This document shows positions 61,477 through 64,000 of a DNA stretch of 64,000 nucleotides, one piece after another. The notes beneath the pieces were generated by a model that was given only the letters and a program-made list of their open reading frames with translations, did no database searches and was not told where the DNA came from. The DNA is from Anaeromyxobacteraceae bacterium (GTDB lineage: Bacteria; Myxococcota; Myxococcia; Myxococcales; Anaeromyxobacteraceae). The position numbers and the translations under genes were made by a program. Every line of letters begins with the position of its first letter. Position 1 is the stretch's first letter. The stretch lies in the NCBI GenBank assembly GCA_047602405.1, contig JASGHJ010000001.1:1248001-1312000 (forward strand), read 5' to 3'.

Positions 61477-62579
61477 GCGCCCAGCCGCGCGACCGAGAAC
61501 GGCGCGAGGTCCACCGGCGGCACGCCTCCGAGCAAGGTCGCCCGGATCGCGTCGGCGGTGACCGGCGCGAGCAGGATGCCGTTCCGGGAGTGGCCGGTCG
61601 CGTAGAAGAGGCCCGGCACCGTCGAGGCCCCGAGGATCGGCTCGCCGTCCGGGCTCGCGGGCCGGAAGTTCGACCACGTCTCCACGACCGGGGCCTGCGC
61701 GATCGCGGGCGCGATCTCCACGCCCACCTTCAGGACGTGCAGGAGCCCGCCGGCGGTCACCGCCTTCTCGAAGCCGACGTCCTCCATCGTGGCGCCGCAG
61801 AGGATCCGGCCGTCCGGGCGCGGCACCACGTAGCCGTGGCCGGAGAAGATCACCCGGCGGAGCAGCGGCGGCCGCGTGTCCACGACCGCGATCTGCCCGC
61901 GCACCGGGCGCACCGCGCGCGGCGGCAGGCCGTGGCCCTCGACGAGCATGCTCCACGCGCCCGCGGCGAGCACGACCGCGCCCGCGTCGATCCGGCCGGT
62001 CTCGTGGTCGACGCCGACCGCGCGCCCGCCCTCGGTCGCGATGCGGCGGACCTGGCCGGTCACGAACGTCGCGCCGGCGCGGGCGGCGGCCATCGGCACG
62101 GCGCGGGCGAGCGCGCGCGCGTCCACCGAGGCCTCGTCGGCGAAGTGGAGCGCGCCGCGCGTCTCGGGCGAGAGCCCGGGCTCGAGCGCGAGGGCCGCGT
62201 CGCCGTCGAGCACGTCCACCGGGAGCCCGTGCGCGTGGAGCTGCTCGGCGCGGGAGGCCAGCACCTTCGCGTGGTCGTCGTCGAGCGCGGCCTCGAGCGT
62301 GCCGAGGGCGCGGTAGCCGACGTGCATGCCGGAGAGCTCCTCGACGAGCGCGACCCAGGACGGGTAGCGCGCGAGCGAGGCGCGGCAGAGGGCGTAGAAC
62401 GGGCCGGGCTCCGCGGCCTCGACGCCGGGCGAGAGGATGCCGCCCGCGGCCGACGACGCCTCGGCGCCGGGCACCGAGCGCTCGAGCACGGTGACGCGTT
62501 TGCCCGCCCGGGCGAGCGCGAGCGCGACGGCGCCGCCCTGGATCCCACCGCCCACCACCACGACGTCGGCCACGGCCAT
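61473..62579 (-). CDS. thiO: Glycine oxidase (FAD-dependent)
   Basis: VVGGGIQG, ASSAAGGIL, PVRGQ, RPASPDG, GHSRNGILLAP. Confidence 0.88.
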   Translation of the reverse strand: MAVADVVVVGGGIQGGAVALALARAGKRVTVLERSVPGAEASSAAGGILSPGVEAAEPGPFYALCRASLARYPSWVALVEELSGMHVGYRALGTLEAALDDDHAKVLASRAEQLHAHGLPVDVLDGDAALALEPGLSPETRGALHFADEASVDARALARAVPMAAARAGATFVTGQVRRIATEGGRAVGVDHETGRIDAGAVVLAAGAWSMLVEGHGLPPRAVRPVRGQIAVVDTRPPLLRRVIFSGHGYVVPRPDGRILCGATMEDVGFEKAVTAGGLLHVLKVGVEIAPAIAQAPVVETWSNFRPASPDGEPILGASTVPGLFYATGHSRNGILLAPVTADAIRATLLGGVPPVDLAPFSVARLGA

Positions 62580-62683
62580 AGGGCGCGGAGGTTACGCCGG
62601 CGGTGCAGGGTGCGCCACGGGTGACCTGCGCGGCGGGGGGCCGCGCACCGCGGGAGCGGGCAGGGCCCACGCGAGGCGGACGG

Positions 62684-63331
62684 CTACGGCAGCGTGGTGC
62701 GGGCCGCGCCGGTCCTGCCGGGGCCGAGCCCGTTCAGGAGGAGCTCGAACACGTGGCGGCGCCACGCCTCCGGCTGCAGCGGCGCGTCGACGAACGGCCG
62801 GGCGGCCTCGCGCGCGGAGGCGACCAGCGCGGCGAGCCCGCCGACCGTCACGACCGCGAGCACGGGGTCGAGCCCGTCGGTGACCTCGCCCCGCGAGGAG
62901 GCGAGCGTCGCCGCCGCGCGCCGCACCGGCTCGAGGAGCGAGGGGTCGGTCTGCGTCAGCTGCGAGAGGAACGGGGCGCCGTCGAGGTACTCGCGGATGA
63001 TGACCTGCGCGCCCATCGGGTCCTTCATCATCGCGTCGAGGTAGGCGCCGATGACGGCCTCGGGCCCGCCGGGGCCGGACTCGACGAGCCGCGCGATCTC
63101 GTTCGCGGAGGTCAGCCAGACCGCGCGGAGGATGTCGAGGTACAGGGCACGCTTCGACGCCCAGTGACGGTAGATGAGGGCGACGTTGCAGGCCGCGCCC
63201 CGGGCGATGCCCTGGACGCGGGCCCCGTGGTAGCCCCGCTTCGAGAACTCGACGCGGGCGGCGTCCCGAATCCGCTCGGCGATTCCGGGCCGGGGAGGGC
63301 CGAGCTTCCGGTTGGCGACCGAGCCATCCAT
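62684..63331 (-). CDS. TetR/AcrR family regulator
   Basis: IRDAARVEFSKRGY..IARGAACNVALIYRHW. Confidence 0.88.
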   Translation of the reverse strand: MDGSVANRKLGPPRPGIAERIRDAARVEFSKRGYHGARVQGIARGAACNVALIYRHWASKRALYLDILRAVWLTSANEIARLVESGPGGPEAVIGAYLDAMMKDPMGAQVIIREYLDGAPFLSQLTQTDPSLLEPVRRAAATLASSRGEVTDGLDPVLAVVTVGGLAALVASAREAARPFVDAPLQPEAWRRHVFELLLNGLGPGRTGAARTTLP

Positions 63332-63502
63332 CCCCGCGTGGATACCCGTACCTTTGATTTAGGTCAAGCCTTCAGGCCCCTTCCCGGGGCGCGCGCGATC
63401 CCCGCGGCGCGGACCTGGGGTCGCTCCCCGGGGCTCCCCGTGGGACCGCGGGTGCCGGACACGACATCCGTTCGAAGAATTCCTCAACGGTGACGGCCCG
63501 GT

Positions 63503-64000
63503 CTAGCGGGGCCCGTCGACGATCATCAGGTCCGACATGGTGATCCGCACGAACGCATAGGCGACCGCTCCACCGTCGCCGAACCGGACGCCGTCCATCC
63601 GGACGACGCCGGTCGGGTCGGGAGGCGAGATGGCCCGGAACGGGACGCGCGCCCCGGTCGCGAGGTCCACCCGGTCGACGCGCGCCGGGAGCGTCCCGGG
63701 CGTGGTCACGAGCAGCCCGCCGTCCGGGGCCCACCCGAGCGGCAGGTCGCCGGGCTCGAGCCTCCCGGCCGGTCGCGACGCCCCGCCGTCGAGCGCGACC
63801 CGCGCGAGCGCACCGTCGGCCGTCGCCGCGAGCACCGCGTCCCCGTCGCGCGTCACGACGAAGCCGACGGGCTCCACCTCGCCGATCGCCACCACCGCGC
63901 CGCCCTCGAGCGGCACGCGCAGCAGCCCGAGCCGCCCGCCGGGCCCGTGCGCCCGCACGATCGCCTCGGCGTGCCCCGGCCGGAAGCGCGCCTGCACGGG
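63503..64000 (-). CDS. C-terminal part of a TolB/WD40-like beta-propeller protein (5' partial)
   Basis: WAPDG, VDLATGAR, AYAFVRITMSDLMIVDG. Confidence 0.55.
   Translation of the reverse strand, partial: PVQARFRPGHAEAIVRAHGPGGRLGLLRVPLEGGAVVAIGEVEPVGFVVTRDGDAVLAATADGALARVALDGGASRPAGRLEPGDLPLGWAPDGGLLVTTPGTLPARVDRVDLATGARVPFRAISPPDPTGVVRMDGVRFGDGGAVAYAFVRITMSDLMIVDGPR

Overview
Very GC-rich window whose gene content and style suggest an Anaeromyxobacter-like myxobacterium (inference). Most of it is housekeeping: pabB/pabC fusion, ogt, glgC, mreB, the ispE-spoVG-prs-rplY-pth-rpsF-rpsR-rplI block, upp/hpt, a glycogen cluster (GH57, galT, glgA), thiO and regulators. Two mobile elements are present. 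An IS110 is inserted at a CT core inside a REP-like hairpin, and its non-coding end carries visible target- and donor-matching segments (bridge-RNA-like). A group II intron is inserted inside the galT start codon, and its RT has lost the PQG/YADD catalytic core by an in-frame deletion. The best candidates for undescribed systems are (1) a translationally coupled cytoplasmic thermolysin-like (HExxH) metallopeptidase plus an MBL-fold hydrolase with a large acidic insertion, a possible protease-activated nuclease/defence module, and (2) a short signal-peptide-bearing peptide ending in GGVKGW coupled to a ferritin-like diiron enzyme, a possible RiPP-like pair. Five +1 frameshifts all fall on two motifs (GATC x3, GCTCTTC x2), which points to methylation-linked sequencing errors rather than true pseudogenes. 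A 12-13 nt near-palindrome (C)GTGTCCGGCACC recurs 8 times, almost always between genes. No tools were used, so all family calls come from motif recognition.
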